Shown: positions 10,312 through 23,600 of the stretch, piece after piece
How positions within the stretch are numbered: the first letter of the stretch is position 1
How the letters are laid out: the number at the start of each line of letters is the position of its first letter
Assembly (NCBI GenBank): GCA_039621445.1
Contig: CP154954.1
Span: 32,403,455-32,467,454 of the forward strand
DNA length: 64,000 nucleotides
Source of the DNA: Euglena gracilis
Taxonomy: Eukaryota
Direction of reading: 5' to 3'
Made by a program: the position numbers and the translations under genes
Notes under the pieces: model-generated
Seen by the model: only the letters and a program-made list of their open reading frames with translations
Told to the model about the DNA's origin: nothing
The model's database searches: none

Positions 10312-13300
10312 GTGGTGGGGCGAACCGAATCCACCGACCAGTGGCACAGCCTACTGGATTTGAGTGTTCCGAGGAGACAGGGGCTATGGACAGATGGGGG
10401 AACCCCATGGATAGGCAGAGGTATCGACTGTCGCAGGGCTCAGCGGGTGGAAAACGGGCAAGGCCCATCTTCATTATAAAGTATAAAGCGCAGGGGGATG
10501 ACAGGGTGAGGAGGTTCGCGGTGCGTGGGAGAAAGTGGGTGAGGAGGGGGTTGGAGGGGAGGGAGGGTAAGGTGCCCGCGGGCAGCGGCAGTAGAGGCTT
10601 GTGCCTGTAGCGTTGAACCGTATTTCCGTGTTCTGGGAGCAGTGGCTGCTTCGTAGGCTGTCTTGGTGCGCCCTCTGTGCCGGGAATGCCGGTAGCGGAT
10701 GAATGCCTTTGTGTATCGTTTGCGCCGATGGCCTCGCCCTTTGGGCGGCCATCTGCGTCGTGCCTTGTCCTGATCTTTTGTCGGAGGTAGATGAGCCGCC
10801 GGTGAAGACGTGTAGTGGCCAGCCGGGGTCAGCCGGGTCGAGGTCCGTGTTGCTGGTATCGCTGTCAGATGTTAGACATAGTGAATCAGCGAAGCACATG
10901 CTTCGGTCGTAGCAACTGAGTGATCTGCTTGAACAGGGCCATGCCAAGCTCTGGTAGCTCTCAGCCTGCCGCGTCAAACGCACGTCGCCTTGATCCCAGG
11001 AGGTCGATCGTTCGATCAGTCTTGTCAGCAGCTTGGCGCTCTCCGGGCCCAGGCCTCCCCATGTCCCAAATGCCAGCGTGGCAAAGGACCAGCCCCCGTT
11101 TCGGCACAATATGTAGTACTTGGCGTGCTTTGCGGTCTCCTTCCGTCTGAGGAAGGTTCTCCATCGTTCCCTGGACGCTGTCCTCTCAGCAGACTGCCAG
11201 CCGTGTGCAACCGCGATGTCTACCGCGGTCGGTTTCCCGTCTTGCCATGTTGCCAGCAACAGGTCCGCTGGTCGCAGGGAGGCGTCTGGCTGGTTTGGTA
11301 CTGGCACCTCGCGTTGGACACTCTGGCCGTTCGCGGACAGGAGGTTGAATAAGGCTTCCTGAACGGCGTTGTGTCGGCTTGCAAAGTTGTTCCGAATGCA
11401 GCACATGTCGTGATCCCCGTGGATGTCTGCCACAGAATGGCACCCCGCGCACGTGGTTGGCGTGTCAGCCAGGGGCAGCCCAAGCCACCACTTCAGGCCA
11501 AGGCAGTAGTCGGCGGGCTCAATCACCGTGTGCAGAGCCTCATTGGGGGCTGCTGCCATCCAGCCGTGGCCGATACCGTTGAGCTGTTCCATAAGACGTG
11601 TCTGGTCCCTTGCAGACCACGTGGCGATGAGGGCGTCCACATGGGCCTTGGATAGTTGGGTCTGCCACCATTTCTGCGAGGTGTCATTTGCCGACGCAGA
11701 GGCGAAGGCTGCTGATGCTGTCAGCCGGTTGCTCTCAGGGTGACGGGTGCCGAGGACGGAGCCAATGTCACTGGCGGCTTGCTGGCACAGCCGGTCGTCC
11801 GGGTCGGCCGCGTAGCTTGGACATGCGACCCGCTTATGTCCATGTGTGTAGAACTGGCACAGGGCGGCGGTACGGGCTGCTGCTTGGTGGGAGGCGGGAA
11901 TACGAAGGCCACACCCACCTTGTGACAGCGGTAGCGAGGCCTGCAGGCTGTGGTCTGTGCTGAGGGCTTGGCCGATGATGTCCTCAAAGGCACCGAAGAT
12001 CGTCTCACTGCACCGAATCACTTCACCCTGCGCCTGGTAGGGATCAGAGGCGCGCAGGAGGTGGTTAACTCTGCAGCCGTCCAGTCAAGACCTCAGGATG
12101 TGGTGCGCCAGCTGGGGGTCAGTGACCGAGGTGACTAGGTCCGCAGCTGTTCCAGCTTGGTTGTTGCCTCCGTCCATGCTGCCACTGTGTGCCCTGCCGT
12201 GGTTGGGAAGTCGACGGGGCAGCCCAGGACAGTGATCCCAGAGCCCTCGACCCAGGGTACAACTTGAACCTTCTCGCGGTCAGGGAGTGCGCCAGCAGCC
12301 GGACCCCATACGACGCATTTCGCCGGGTTCAATTGGACCCCGTTGCGTGCGCCTTCGGTCCGCAGGAACTCGAGGCACTTCTGCAAAGCCCAGGGCTCAC
12401 CGACAAGCACCCCATCATCCAGGTACCATGAGGACCAGAGCAACTCTGCTTGCTGGCTGATGGTCTCGCTGATGGTGTGGAGGCCCACTGCAAAGCCGAT
12501 GGGTCCCAGGGGGCAACGCTGGTGTGTGCCTCTCGTGGAGTGGAGCACGCGTCCTCCGCTGAACAACGGTGCCGGCTGGCCGTAGGCGAAGCGCAGGTAG
12601 TTGAAAAGCGCTGGAGTGCGCGTTTGCGCTTCTTGTAGAAGGACATTTCTGTCCGGTGTGAAGGCGTTCTTCAGGTCCACCTGAAGAATGGCCCAGTTCC
12701 CCTGCGGATCCAGTTTCCGGACCAGACTCTGGGTTGCCATGGCGACGGATTCGGACGCATTGGGGACCCCAACCCCTACCTGCAGGGGACTCAGCCGGCC
12801 CACTTAGTCCTTGGCGGCGCCGGTGTGTAGGAGGAGGGCTTTCCCAACCAATCGCCGAAGGGGAATCGCGCTTACCTGCCGTGACTCCCCGGTGCACCGT
12901 GGACCACATTATGATCAACCTGGTGGACAACTCCCCTATTGCCGAGCGCCCACCAAGACGGGCCGATGGAGCCTCTTGTCCTGCGGGGACATTGAAAGCA
13001 ACCCAGGTCCGCCGGGAGGCAGAAAGAGGTCAGCCACGTCGGTTGTCGTGTCCGCGGAGGCGCCTCGTGACAGCACAAAACGATTTAGCACACCCAGCTG
13101 ACGACACACCCGCGGCTGTGGTGGTCGACCAAAGCGGAAAGAACTCTGACCTCCGTCACGGTGGCCCGCCCGGAATCACCATCCCGCCCCAGCCGGCCAA
13201 CCTCCAGGAGGTCTTCCTCTGCCGCGCAAACACGGTCCTTCATGTGCCTGCGGCCAACCAACGTGACGTGTCCGAGACCCTCTCCAATGTCATAGAGGAA

Positions 13301-13836
13301 TACGTCAGCAGGCCAACCATGGACAGCCTGTTCGCCACCCTCGCCTTCCCCAAACTGGTGCTTCGGACAGTCCAAAGTGCGGGGCGTGAGGCCGATGAGG
13401 ACATCTCCACCGCGATCAGGCGGCGCGTCCAACTGTTCCGGCAAGGGGACAATGGAACGCTGATGACAGCGCTGAGAAGCGCCACCCGCCTCCCACCAGC
13501 GTCCATCGAGACGCGGGCAGCCAAAAGAGCACGCACCGAGCCCGCCGCCATACCGGCCGCTGTTCTCCGCCGTGCCCGCACGTTGGTGGGGGAAGGGGCC
13601 CCTGCGAAGGCCCTGCAAGTTCTCTTGTTCGAAGGAACCCACCGCTCTTCCGATCCGGCTGTCTGGGTCAAACTGCAGGAGTTGCATCCCGCTGGACGCC
13701 CAGTAAGCCTCAATGCGCTGCCCGGCGAAGTACCACCGTTCCCGGATGGTAAACAGGTGCGGTGGAAGGAGCTCCTCAGGGACGCAATACTCCGTTTCCC
13801 TCGGACCTCCTCGCCGGGCCCTTCTGGTTTGCGCCC
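10312..13836 (-). mobile_element. CRE-like non-LTR retrotransposon, family C, with inverted 5' part
   Basis: Minus strand: LQVDLKNAF, WYLDDGVL, CAGC..H..C, RHNAVQ, RPADLLL..AVDIAV and the 3' motif at 10312-10364. Plus strand ~12865-13836: 2A and pre-RT region ending SSPGPSGLRP. Confidence 0.92.
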
Positions 13837-13914
13837 TTGCGCCTTGCCGCCTTATTTTTTTTTTGGATTACTCTGGTGTGCTGGGTTCGGCCGAAGTCCT
13901 GTGCGGGTGAGAGT
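11215..13914 (+). repeat. 2.7-kb direct duplication, copy 1
   Basis: Near-identical to 36963-39663. Confidence 0.97.
12952..13011 (+). other. 2A peptide TKTGRWSLLSCGDIESNPGP
   Basis: Canonical DIExNPGP in ORF 12811-13101. Confidence 0.9.
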
Positions 13915-14279
13915 TGTCGGCTGCCGCTGGCGTCGGCAGCCAAAAATTTCCCAGAAAATTCCCAAAAACCCCAGTAGGAATATCCAAAGCAAGTCAACCG
14001 CCACGCGAGTGGAATTGGAACACCAGCAAATTCCAGCAAGAATTTGAGAATTCGAATTGAGAATCACAAGAGCACAAAAGTCAATTGAAAATTGAAAGAT
14101 CAAAAAGGACAATTCAATTATCCAAGGAAATCAAGGCATTCACTTCCACATTCTTTCTCCCACTCAACACCTGAATTCAAAGGTACTTGCCCACCCTCTC
14201 AAGCCCCAGGTTTGTTGTGCTCTGCTGTTTGATCCTAAGTAGGTGGGTTGGTTTTGTCCTTGTTCACCTTTTGATCCAA

Positions 14280-15586
14280 ATGTTTGAAAAGTCAAAACAG
14301 TGGAGGCTAAAAACGATCCTACGCGGGGAGACAGGGGGACCTGGGTCGGGGGTGCACACCTCACCCCCATTACCGCCTGTGGATTTATTTGAAAACGGTG
14401 CCCAACTAGCCAAAGGCCCTGGCCTGAGCCCACCAGGGCCAGAAAAGGGAAATTGTGGCCCCAGCGAAAGCAGCAGCCCCCCCGGGCGAGCAGGGTCCCC
14501 CAAGACCCCCAACATGGTACGCAGAGGTGGCTTCACTGACTCTGTCAGTGAAGAATTTTTAGATTCTGTTGATGACAAAGAATTCAAGGAATACAGTGAC
14601 CAATTCAAATTGTTGGGAATTGAATTCAGTGATACCCAAACAGAGGAACAAAGAAAAAGGGAGGCCGAACTTCTGGCGTCTCAGAGGGAGTTTTGGAAAC
14701 TCAGATGTGAAGCAGCCATTGGACATTCTCATGGCCCTGACTCATCTTCTCCATGTCAATCTTGTAAACCGTCAGGGGTAAGCCCAACAAGCTCACTGCC
14801 AGGAGAACCTGAAGTTAAACAAGAAAGTTTTGACCCTTGTCCAAATGTTTTGCAAATGAGAGTTGTGCGGTGTGAATCTGAATCTGGACAGCTGAGTGTC
14901 AAATCAGACAGTGTGGAAACTTCAGAGGTCACAAAACCTGAAACTTTTTATGACCCTTCGGATGAGTGGTGGCAAAAAGTTGAGGCAGGTATCACAGAAT
15001 TGTTTTCAAACACTTTTTCCCTGAACGAGAGGCTGACGAAACTGGAGGAAGTGCCCAGCCAAAGTGAGTCCAGCCACTTGGAGGGACGGATGGCTGAAAT
15101 TGAAACCCGTCTGAGAAATTTGGCAGATGGTTTTCATGACCTTTTGACACGAACTTGCAGTGAAATTGAACACCTTTTTCTGAAAGCATCCAGTCCCTGT
15201 GTGAGAAGAGCGAGGCTCTGTCAAAACGGCTGGAGAGTGAAGAAAAGATTCTGGAGGAACGGCTGAAAATGTTTGAAATCACTGAAAAGTTACAGCCCAG
15301 TGAAAAATTTCCAAGTCCAGAAAATTTTGTGCCTGCGAACCTGACTTCTGGACATGTCACAAATTTGCAGCCGTCATCAGTGTCTTCTGAGAAATCTTCC
15401 TCAGATTTTGCCGCACAGCCAAGAAAATTAAGACAGACAAAAAAATTCTGGAGGCCTGCCAAAAGCAGTTGGAACGACTTTCCGTTTTTGAGACCAAGTT
15501 GGTTTCAAGATTGGTGGGGTTGGGACTGTCATTTAAATCCCTGGAACAGCTGGTGGTGGTTTCCACCGCATCACTGGTGGTGGTGA
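14280..15586 (+). pseudogene. Repeat-unit ORF copy 1 (frameshift near 15175)
   Basis: ORFs 14187-15266 and 15269-15586 together match the intact paralogs; one base is missing in CACC(G)TTTTTC. Confidence 0.8.
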
Positions 15587-18500
15587 TTTTTTGAGGTCTT
15601 TTCACAGGTCTAACCACTGACTGGCACCGCACAGCACTTTACAGATCAGTATGTTTTTGTGGTTTGCTTGTGGCTTTGTGATTGTTTTGTGATACGTTTT
15701 TCATGGTGATCTGGTGTTGGAGGCAGATGCGTAATCAGCCAGAAGTTTAAATCTGGATTTTCAGTTTACAGAGTTTGGCTTATGGAAAAACAGCCAAGAC
15801 AAACATTTTGAATCTGGTTTCTGGGGTGCTTGCTTTTCCCCAGTTGCTTTCCACTTAAATGGAGACGCCCAGCCACGATGCTTGGGAATTTCTCCTAGTG
15901 TTCAGGCAGCCAGATCAATGATCTTTCAGTTTCAGTTTCAGAGTTTTCAGTTTTCGGTTCTTGTCCCAAATGTCATTTGGGGTGGGGCACGGCATTGACA
16001 TGTGTCACCATCCCCGACGGGGACAAATCAGACATTTCAGGTTGGAATTTTGGTTTGTGTTTTTGCTGGTCCCTTTTGTCACGGGACAGTTTTTCCAGAG
16101 AGAAACTTACCCCCGGACAGGGACATATGTTGGAGAATCGGCACAGTTTTTTGGTATTTTTCAGTCCAGTTTTATTGTGGTTTTCGAGTGTGGCAGCCCA
16201 GCAGTCCTGTGGCAGGTTTTATCTGGGTTTTTGCCAAATCCTGAGGCAGGGGAGACCTCTAATGGACCACTCGAACCAAAAAGGTTTTTGGAAAGCGCGC
16301 AAAGAGGGGTTCCGAGGGTGGGGCTAGACCCAGGCCAGGAATAAACACCCCTGTGGCCACCCATCTAAGGGCTCAGGAAACAGTTTTCAGTTTTTCAGTC
16401 TTGGGAACCAAGGTGGATTAACCCCAGGAGGAAAAGACACCCCTGAGGAAAATTCATTTTTGGGCCCAGCAGTGGCATCATCAGTGGCATTCAGTTCAGT
16501 TTTTCAGTGAAAAATCTGTTGATCTGTGGGTAACACTTTCTGCGGCATTTTTTCGGCTGTGGAGTTTGCTTGAGGGAGAAAAACTCAGAAGTGGGGGACG
16601 CCTCACAATGCAAAACTCCCAATGGTAATTTTTGCAGTTTGAGACTTGCTTATACAGTTTTCGTGTGACCCATTTGATGGATCAAGATACAGATTTTAAG
16701 TGCCGTTTTGGTTCAGAGTTCAGTGGCATTTTCAGGTTCGGTTCAGTGAGAAAATTCAGAAATCTGCCTTCTGTGTTGCCAGTGGTGAATTTTGTGCGTG
16801 TGTGTGTGCCTTGTCATGCAGGTTCAAGCAGCAATCACGAAATGAAGGAGCAAAGCAGTCAAGTTATCAAGGATTTTGACTGAATTTATTGAATTCAAAG
16901 ACTTCAACAGTTTGCAAAGAATTGACTTCAAAGACTGGGATGAACATTTCGATGAGATGAGAACCGATTTCAATGACATCAATGGGACCCAAGCAATTGA
17001 ATCACATGATTACGATTGGCATGATTACAATTGTGGATCGTTTATGGAATCCCAGAATGGTGGGTACATTTATTTTACTGAAGTGCTGGGGAGAGAAGCT
17101 TAACGACCTCAAGAGCCTGCAGTGGGCAGTGGCCCGATGCACGGCCAAAGCCCAGGTCCAGGCCCAGGTTGGCTGCTCCCACAGCGCTGAATCAGATTTT
17201 TCATGTTTTTGGGTCTCAGGATTTTGCATGTGGTTTGGAGCCATTTTTTCTCCCTCCTCGTGCAGCTGGGGGGGGGGGGGGCTGTGTTGAGCCCTGTTTT
17301 TGTTGGTGTGGTGGATCAAAATCAGTTTTGGCTTTACGGTTGGAATTTTTTGACTCAGAATTGGATACCCCTGTGAGACGTTTGGGTGGGGACAGGAATG
17401 CATCATATTGTGACCGTGATTGTTTTGGTCACACCCCAGATGTGACGGGGTTTGATGAAATTTCCATTTTCCCCATTTTATTTGTCGAATGGGGATTCTG
17501 ATTTTGCAGCCAGGAATTTTTAACCCATGGCCCTCCCCACATTGGTTGACGGTGGGGGGGGGGGCGTCATTGTGAAGGCCCGTCCTTTGACATGTGTGAG
17601 ATTTCAGTCGGTTTGGATATTACGGCCCAGGTTTGTGATTTTTTGTTTGGAAGCTGAAGCCAGATTGACCTCCATGGCCCCATGTGACTGGGGGGGGGGG
17701 GCAGCGAAAAATCGCTTTGGCTGAGAAAATTGGATTTGAATTTTCAGTATTTTTGAGTTTGCCATGTCATTTGACCCCCATTGCCCCGTGTGATTGGGGG
17801 GGGGGGGGCAGTGAATTTAAATTGGCAAGCCGGATTTATTGGTTTTACGGCTCCAGTGAATCGGTTGGACCCACAGCTGGGCCGGATGGCCTGGCCCCTC
17901 AACAACGGTATGCTGCTGGATGCTTTTGTTTGGGTTGGTTGTTCTCAGCTGGATGTCAGAGGTTGGAATTCTGGATTGGATTTTGTTGAGGGCTTTTGTA
18001 GGCCCTGTGTTGGACCCAGATTTTTGATTTTTTGATGATTTTTGTTCCTGGAGGATTTTTACACAAAGAGTTGGAAAAAGCCTGGGATTTTAATAATTTT
18101 TCTGGTGGACGACAAAACGAGTTGGAGCTTTAGAACTCAGTTTTTTGATTCGGTTTGGATAATGGATATTGGTCAAAGGCATTTTTTCATGGAACACAGC
18201 TTGGAGGCATCCGAACTCGGGGGGGGGGGGGGGACCCTGGACCGCAGATGACCCCTCCTCCGTCCATAGGCCCTGTTGTGGGCCAATGAAAAAAAAAACC
18301 AGCCACGTGGGCACTAAAGCCCTGTGATATAGTGGCTGTGGGCCAATGTGAAGCCCTGTTCTCTTTGCGTTCAAAAAAGTCAGCCCAGTCATTTTCGGTT
18401 GGAATGAATGACAAGGAAGTGAGCGTGCACACACACAAAACACACAACCGCACACGCACACGAACCCGCACACCCATTGTACACTATTCCATATGACCGC

Positions 18501-19333
18501 TTACCCTCTCACTTTTCACTTTTGCTTACCATTTGCCTTTTTCTTACCCAACTGTCCCGAATTGGAAAGGAATGCCTAGGTTTCTCTTTTTCTTTTCCCC
18601 ACACAAGTCATTTTCTGAGGCGCTGTTGGCCAAAGTCCCTGATTTTTTTTAAAGAAATCGACAAATGAAGTCTCACACAATGAAAGCTGCCAAAAAGGAT
18701 TTTCACCAAGGGGGGCAGCGTGGGACTTAGGCCTTGGGGTGGAGTGCCCAGAGTTTGTTTCGTTTGGAATCGTTTTTCAGATTTGTGTTCAAAGACCCGT
18801 TTCCCCATGCTTGTCGGAGGAAAGGGGTGGGGGGCTTCCCCCGTAGACCTCATTTTTCAGAGTCCCCCAAGGTGCCCGATATTATGGCTGGGGCGGGGGT
18901 CCGACTCGTAACACAGATTTTCAAAAAAAAAAGCGACAGGACCCGTTTCAAAAAAAAACAGAATTTTCGCCCCCCACAAAAAAAATCATTTTCACTCTCC
19001 CCGGTTTTGTTCGGGGGGGGGGGCAGAAAAACGGGTCCGACTAACGTCGCAAGGGAGGGGGTGTCGGCTGCCGCTGGCGTCGGCAGCCAAAAATTTCCCA
19101 GAAAATTCCCAAAAACCACAGTAGGAATATCCAAAGCAAGTCAACCGCCACGCGAGTGGAATTGGAACACCAGCAAATTCCAGCAAGAATTTGAGAATTC
19201 GAATTGAGAATCACAAGAGCACAAAAGTCAATTGAAAATTGAAAGATCAAAAAGGACAATTGAATTATCCAAGGAAATCAATTCATTCATTTCCACATTC
19301 TTTCTCCCACTCAACACCTGAATTCAAAGGTAC

Positions 19334-20638
19334 TTGCCCACCCTCTCAAGCCCCAGGTTTGTTGTGCTCTGCTGTTTGATCCTAAGTAGGTGGGTTGGTT
19401 TTGTCCTTGCTCACCTTTTGATCCAAATGTTTGAAAAGGCAAAACAGTGGAGGCTAAAAACGATCCTACGCGGGGAGACAGGGGGACCTGGGTCGGGGGG
19501 GCACACCTCACCCCCATTACCGCCTGTGGATTTATTTGAGAACGGGGCCCAACTTGCCAAAGGCCCTGGCCTGAGCCCACCAGGGCCAGAAAAGGGAAAT
19601 TGTGGCCCCAGCGAAAGCAGCAGCCCCCCCGGGCGAGCAGGGTCCCCCAAGACCCCCAACATGGTACGCAGAGGTGGCTTCACTGACAGTGACCAATTCA
19701 AATTGTTGGGAATTGAATTCAGTGATACCCAAACAGAGGAACAAAGAAAAAGGGAGGCTGAACTTCTGGCGTCTCAGAGGGAGTTTTGGAAACTCAGATG
19801 TGAAGCAGCCATTGGACATTCTCATGGCCCTGACTCATCTTCTCCATGTCAATCTTGTAAACCGTCAGGGGTAAGCCCAACAAGTTCACTGCCAGGAGAA
19901 CCTGAAGTTAAACAAGAAAGTTTCGACCCTTGTCCAAATGTTTTGCAAATGAGAGTTGTGCGGTGTGAATCTGAATCCGGACAGCTGAGTGTCAAATCAG
20001 ACAGTGTGGAAACTTCAGAGGTCGCAAAACCTGAAACTTTTTATGACCCTTCGGATGAGTGGTGGCAAAAAGTTGAGGCAGGTATCACAGAATTGTTTTC
20101 AAACACTTTTTCTCTGAACGAGAGGCTGACGAAACTGGAGGAAGTGCCCAGCCAAAGTGAGTCCAGCCACTTGGAGGGACGGATGGCTGAAATTGAAACC
20201 CGTCTGAGAAATTTGGCAGATGGTTTTCATGCCCTTTTGACACGAACTTGCAGTGAAATTGAACACCGTTTTTCTGAAAGCATCCAGTCCCTGTGTGAGA
20301 AGGGCGAGGCTCTGTCAAAACGGCTGGAGAGTGAAGAAAAGATTCTGGAGGAACGGCTGAAAATGTTTGAAATGACTGAAAAGTTACAGCCCAGTGAAAA
20401 ATTTCCAAGTCCAGAAAATTTTGTGCCTGTGAACCTGACTTCTGGACATGTCACAAATTTGCAGCCGTCATCAGTGTCTTCTGAGAAATCTTCCTCAGAT
20501 TTTGCCGCACAGCCAAGAAAATTAAGACAGACAAAAAAATTCTGGAGGCCTGCCAAAAGCAGTTGGAACGACTTTCAGTTTTTGAGACCAAGTTGGTTTC
20601 AAGATTGGTGGGGTTGGGACTGGCATTTAAATCACTAG
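19334..20638 (+). CDS. Repeat-unit ORF copy 2, unknown coiled-coil protein (18-aa in-frame deletion, premature stop near C-terminus)
   Basis: 434-aa ORF paralogous to the other units. Confidence 0.6.
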   Translation: MPTLSSPRFVVLCCLILSRWVGFVLAHLLIQMFEKAKQWRLKTILRGETGGPGSGGHTSPPLPPVDLFENGAQLAKGPGLSPPGPEKGNCGPSESSSPPGRAGSPKTPNMVRRGGFTDSDQFKLLGIEFSDTQTEEQRKREAELLASQREFWKLRCEAAIGHSHGPDSSSPCQSCKPSGVSPTSSLPGEPEVKQESFDPCPNVLQMRVVRCESESGQLSVKSDSVETSEVAKPETFYDPSDEWWQKVEAGITELFSNTFSLNERLTKLEEVPSQSESSHLEGRMAEIETRLRNLADGFHALLTRTCSEIEHRFSESIQSLCEKGEALSKRLESEEKILEERLKMFEMTEKLQPSEKFPSPENFVPVNLTSGHVTNLQPSSVSSEKSSSDFAAQPRKLRQTKKFWRPAKSSWNDFQFLRPSWFQDWWGWDWHLNH

Positions 20639-23600
20639 AACAGCTGGGGGTGGTTTCCACCGAATCAATGGTGGTGGTGATTTTTTGAGGTCTTTTCACA
20701 GGTCTAACCACTGACTGGCACCGCACAGCACTTTACAGATCAGTATGTTTTTGTGGTTTGCTTGTGGCTTTGTGATTGTTTTGTAATACGTTTTTCATGG
20801 TGATCTGGTGTTGGAGGCAGATGCGTAATCAGCCAGAAGTTTAAATCTGGATTTTCAGTTTACAGAGTTTGGCTTATGGAAAAACAGCCAAGACAAACAT
20901 TTTGAATCTGGTTTCTGGGGTGCATGTTTTTCCCCAGTTGCTTTCCACTTAAATGGAGACGCCCAGCCACGATGCTTGGGAATTTCTCCTAGTGTTCAGG
21001 CAGCCACATCAATGATCTTTCAGTTTCAGTTTCAGAGTTTTCAGTTTTCGGTTCTTGTCCCAAATGTCATTTGGGGTGGGGCACGGCATTGACATGTGTC
21101 ACCATCCCCGACGGGGACAAATCAGACATTTCAGGTTGGAATTTTGGTTTGTGTTTTTGCTGGTCCCTTTTGTCACGGGACAGTTTTTCCAGAGAGAAAC
21201 TTACCCCCGGACAGGGACATATGTTGGAGAATCGGCACAGTTTTTTGGTATTTTTCAGTCCAGTTTTATTGTGGTTTTCGAGTGTGGCAGCCCAGCAGTC
21301 CTGTGGCAGGTTTTATCTGGGTTTTTGCCAAATCCTGAGGCAGGGGAGACCTCTAATGGACCACTCGAACCAAAAAGGTTTTTGGAAAGCGCGCAAAGAG
21401 GGGTTCCGAGGGTGGGGCTAGACCCAGGCCAGGAATAAACACCACTGTGGCCACCCATCTAAGGGCTCAGGAAACAGTTTTCAGTTTTTCAGTCTTGGGA
21501 ACCAAGGTGGATTAACCCCAGGAGGAAAAGACACCCCTGAGGAAAATTCATTTTTGGGCCCAGCAGTGGCATCATCAGTGGCATTCAGTTCAGTTTTTCA
21601 GTGAAAAATCTGTTGATCTGTGGGTAACACTTTCTGCGGCATTTTTTCGGCTGTGGAGTTTGAAAAAAGAAAAAAAACTCAGAAGTGGGGGACGCCTCAC
21701 AATGCAAAACTCCCAATGGTAATTTTTGCAGTTTGAGACTTGCTTATACAGTTTTCGTGTGACCCATTTGATGGATCAAGATACAGATTTTAAGTGCCGT
21801 TTTGGTTCAGAGTTCAGTGGCATTTTCAGGTTCGGTTCAGTGAGAAAATTCAGAAATCTGCCTTCTGTGTTGCCAGTGGTGAATTTTGTGCGTGTGTGTG
21901 TGCCTTGTCATGCAGGTTCAAGCAGCAATCACGAAATGAAGGAGCAAAGCAGTCAAGTTATCAAGGATTTTGACTGAATTTATTGAATTCAAAGACTTCA
22001 ACAGTTTGCAAAGAATTGACTTCAAAGACTGGGATGAACATTTCGATGAGATGAGAACCGATTTCAATGACATCAATGGGACCCAAGCAATTGAATCACA
22101 TGATTACGATTGGCATGATTACAATTGTGGATCGTTTATGGAATCCCAGAATGGTGGGTACATTTATTTTACTGAAGTGCTGGGGAGAGAAGCTTAACGA
22201 CCTCAAGAGCCTGCAGTGGGCAGTGGCCCGATGCACGGCCAAAGCCCAGGTCCAGGCCCAGGTTGGCTGCTCCCACAGCGCTGAATCAGATTTTTCATGT
22301 TTTTGGGTCTCAGGATTTTGCATGTGGTTTGGAGCCATGTTTTCTCCTCCCTCGTGGAGCTGGGGGGGGGGCTGTGTTGAGCCCTTTGTTTTTGTTGGTG
22401 TGGTGGATCAAAATCAGTTTTGGCTTTACGGTTGGAATTTTTTGACTCAGAATTGGATACCCCTGTGAGACGTTTGGGTGGGGACAGGAATGCATCATAT
22501 TGTGACCGTGATTGTTTTGGTCACACCCCAGATGTGACGGGGTTTGATGAAATTTCCATTTTCCCCATTTTATTTGTCGAATGGGGATTCTGATTTTGCA
22601 GCCAGGAATTTTTAACCCATGGCCCTCCCCACATTGGTTGACGGTGGGGGGGGGGCGACATTGTGAAGGCCCGTCCTTTGACATGTGTGAGATTTCAGTC
22701 GGTTTGGATATTACGGCCCAGGTTTGTGATTTTTTGTTTGGAGGCTGAAGCCAGATTGACCCCCATGGCCCCATGTGACTGGGGGGGGGGCAGCTAAAAA
22801 TCGCTTTGGCTGAGAAAATTGGATTTGAATTTTCAGTATTTTTGAGTTTGCCATGTCATTTGACCCCCATTGCCCCGTGTGATTGGGGGGGGGGGCAGTG
22901 AATTTAAATTGGCAAGCCGGATTTGTTGGTTTTACGGCTCCAGTGAATCGGTTGGACCCACAGCTGGGCCGGATGGCCTGGCCCCTCAACAACGGTATGC
23001 TGCTGGATGCTTTTGTTTGGGTTGGTTGTTCTCAGCTGGATGTCAGAGGTTGGAATTCTGGATTGGATTTTGTTGAGGGCTTTTGTAGGCCCTGTGTTGG
23101 ACCCAGATTTTTGATTTTTTTGATGATTTTTGTTGCTGGAGGATTTTTACACAAAGAGTTGGAAAAAGCCTGGGATTTTAATAATTTTTCTGGTGGACGA
23201 CAAGACGAGTTGGAGCTTTAGAACTCAGTTTTTTGATTCGGTTTGGATAATGGATATTGGTCAAAGGCATTTTTTCATGGAACACAGCTTGGAGGCATCC
23301 GAACTCGGGGGGGGGGACCCTGGACCGGAGATGACCCCTCCTCCGTCCATAGGCCCTGTTGTGGGCCAATGAAAAAAAAAACCAGCCACGTGGGCACTAA
23401 AGCCCTGTGATATAGTGGCTGTGGGCCAATGTGAAGCCCTGTTCTCTTTGCGTTCAAAAAAGTCAGCCCAGTCATTTTCGGTTGGAATGCATGACAAGGA
23501 AGTGAGCGTGCATACACACAAAACACACAACCGCACACGCACACGAACCCGCACACCCATTGTACACTATTCCATATGACCGCTTACCCTCTCACTTTTC

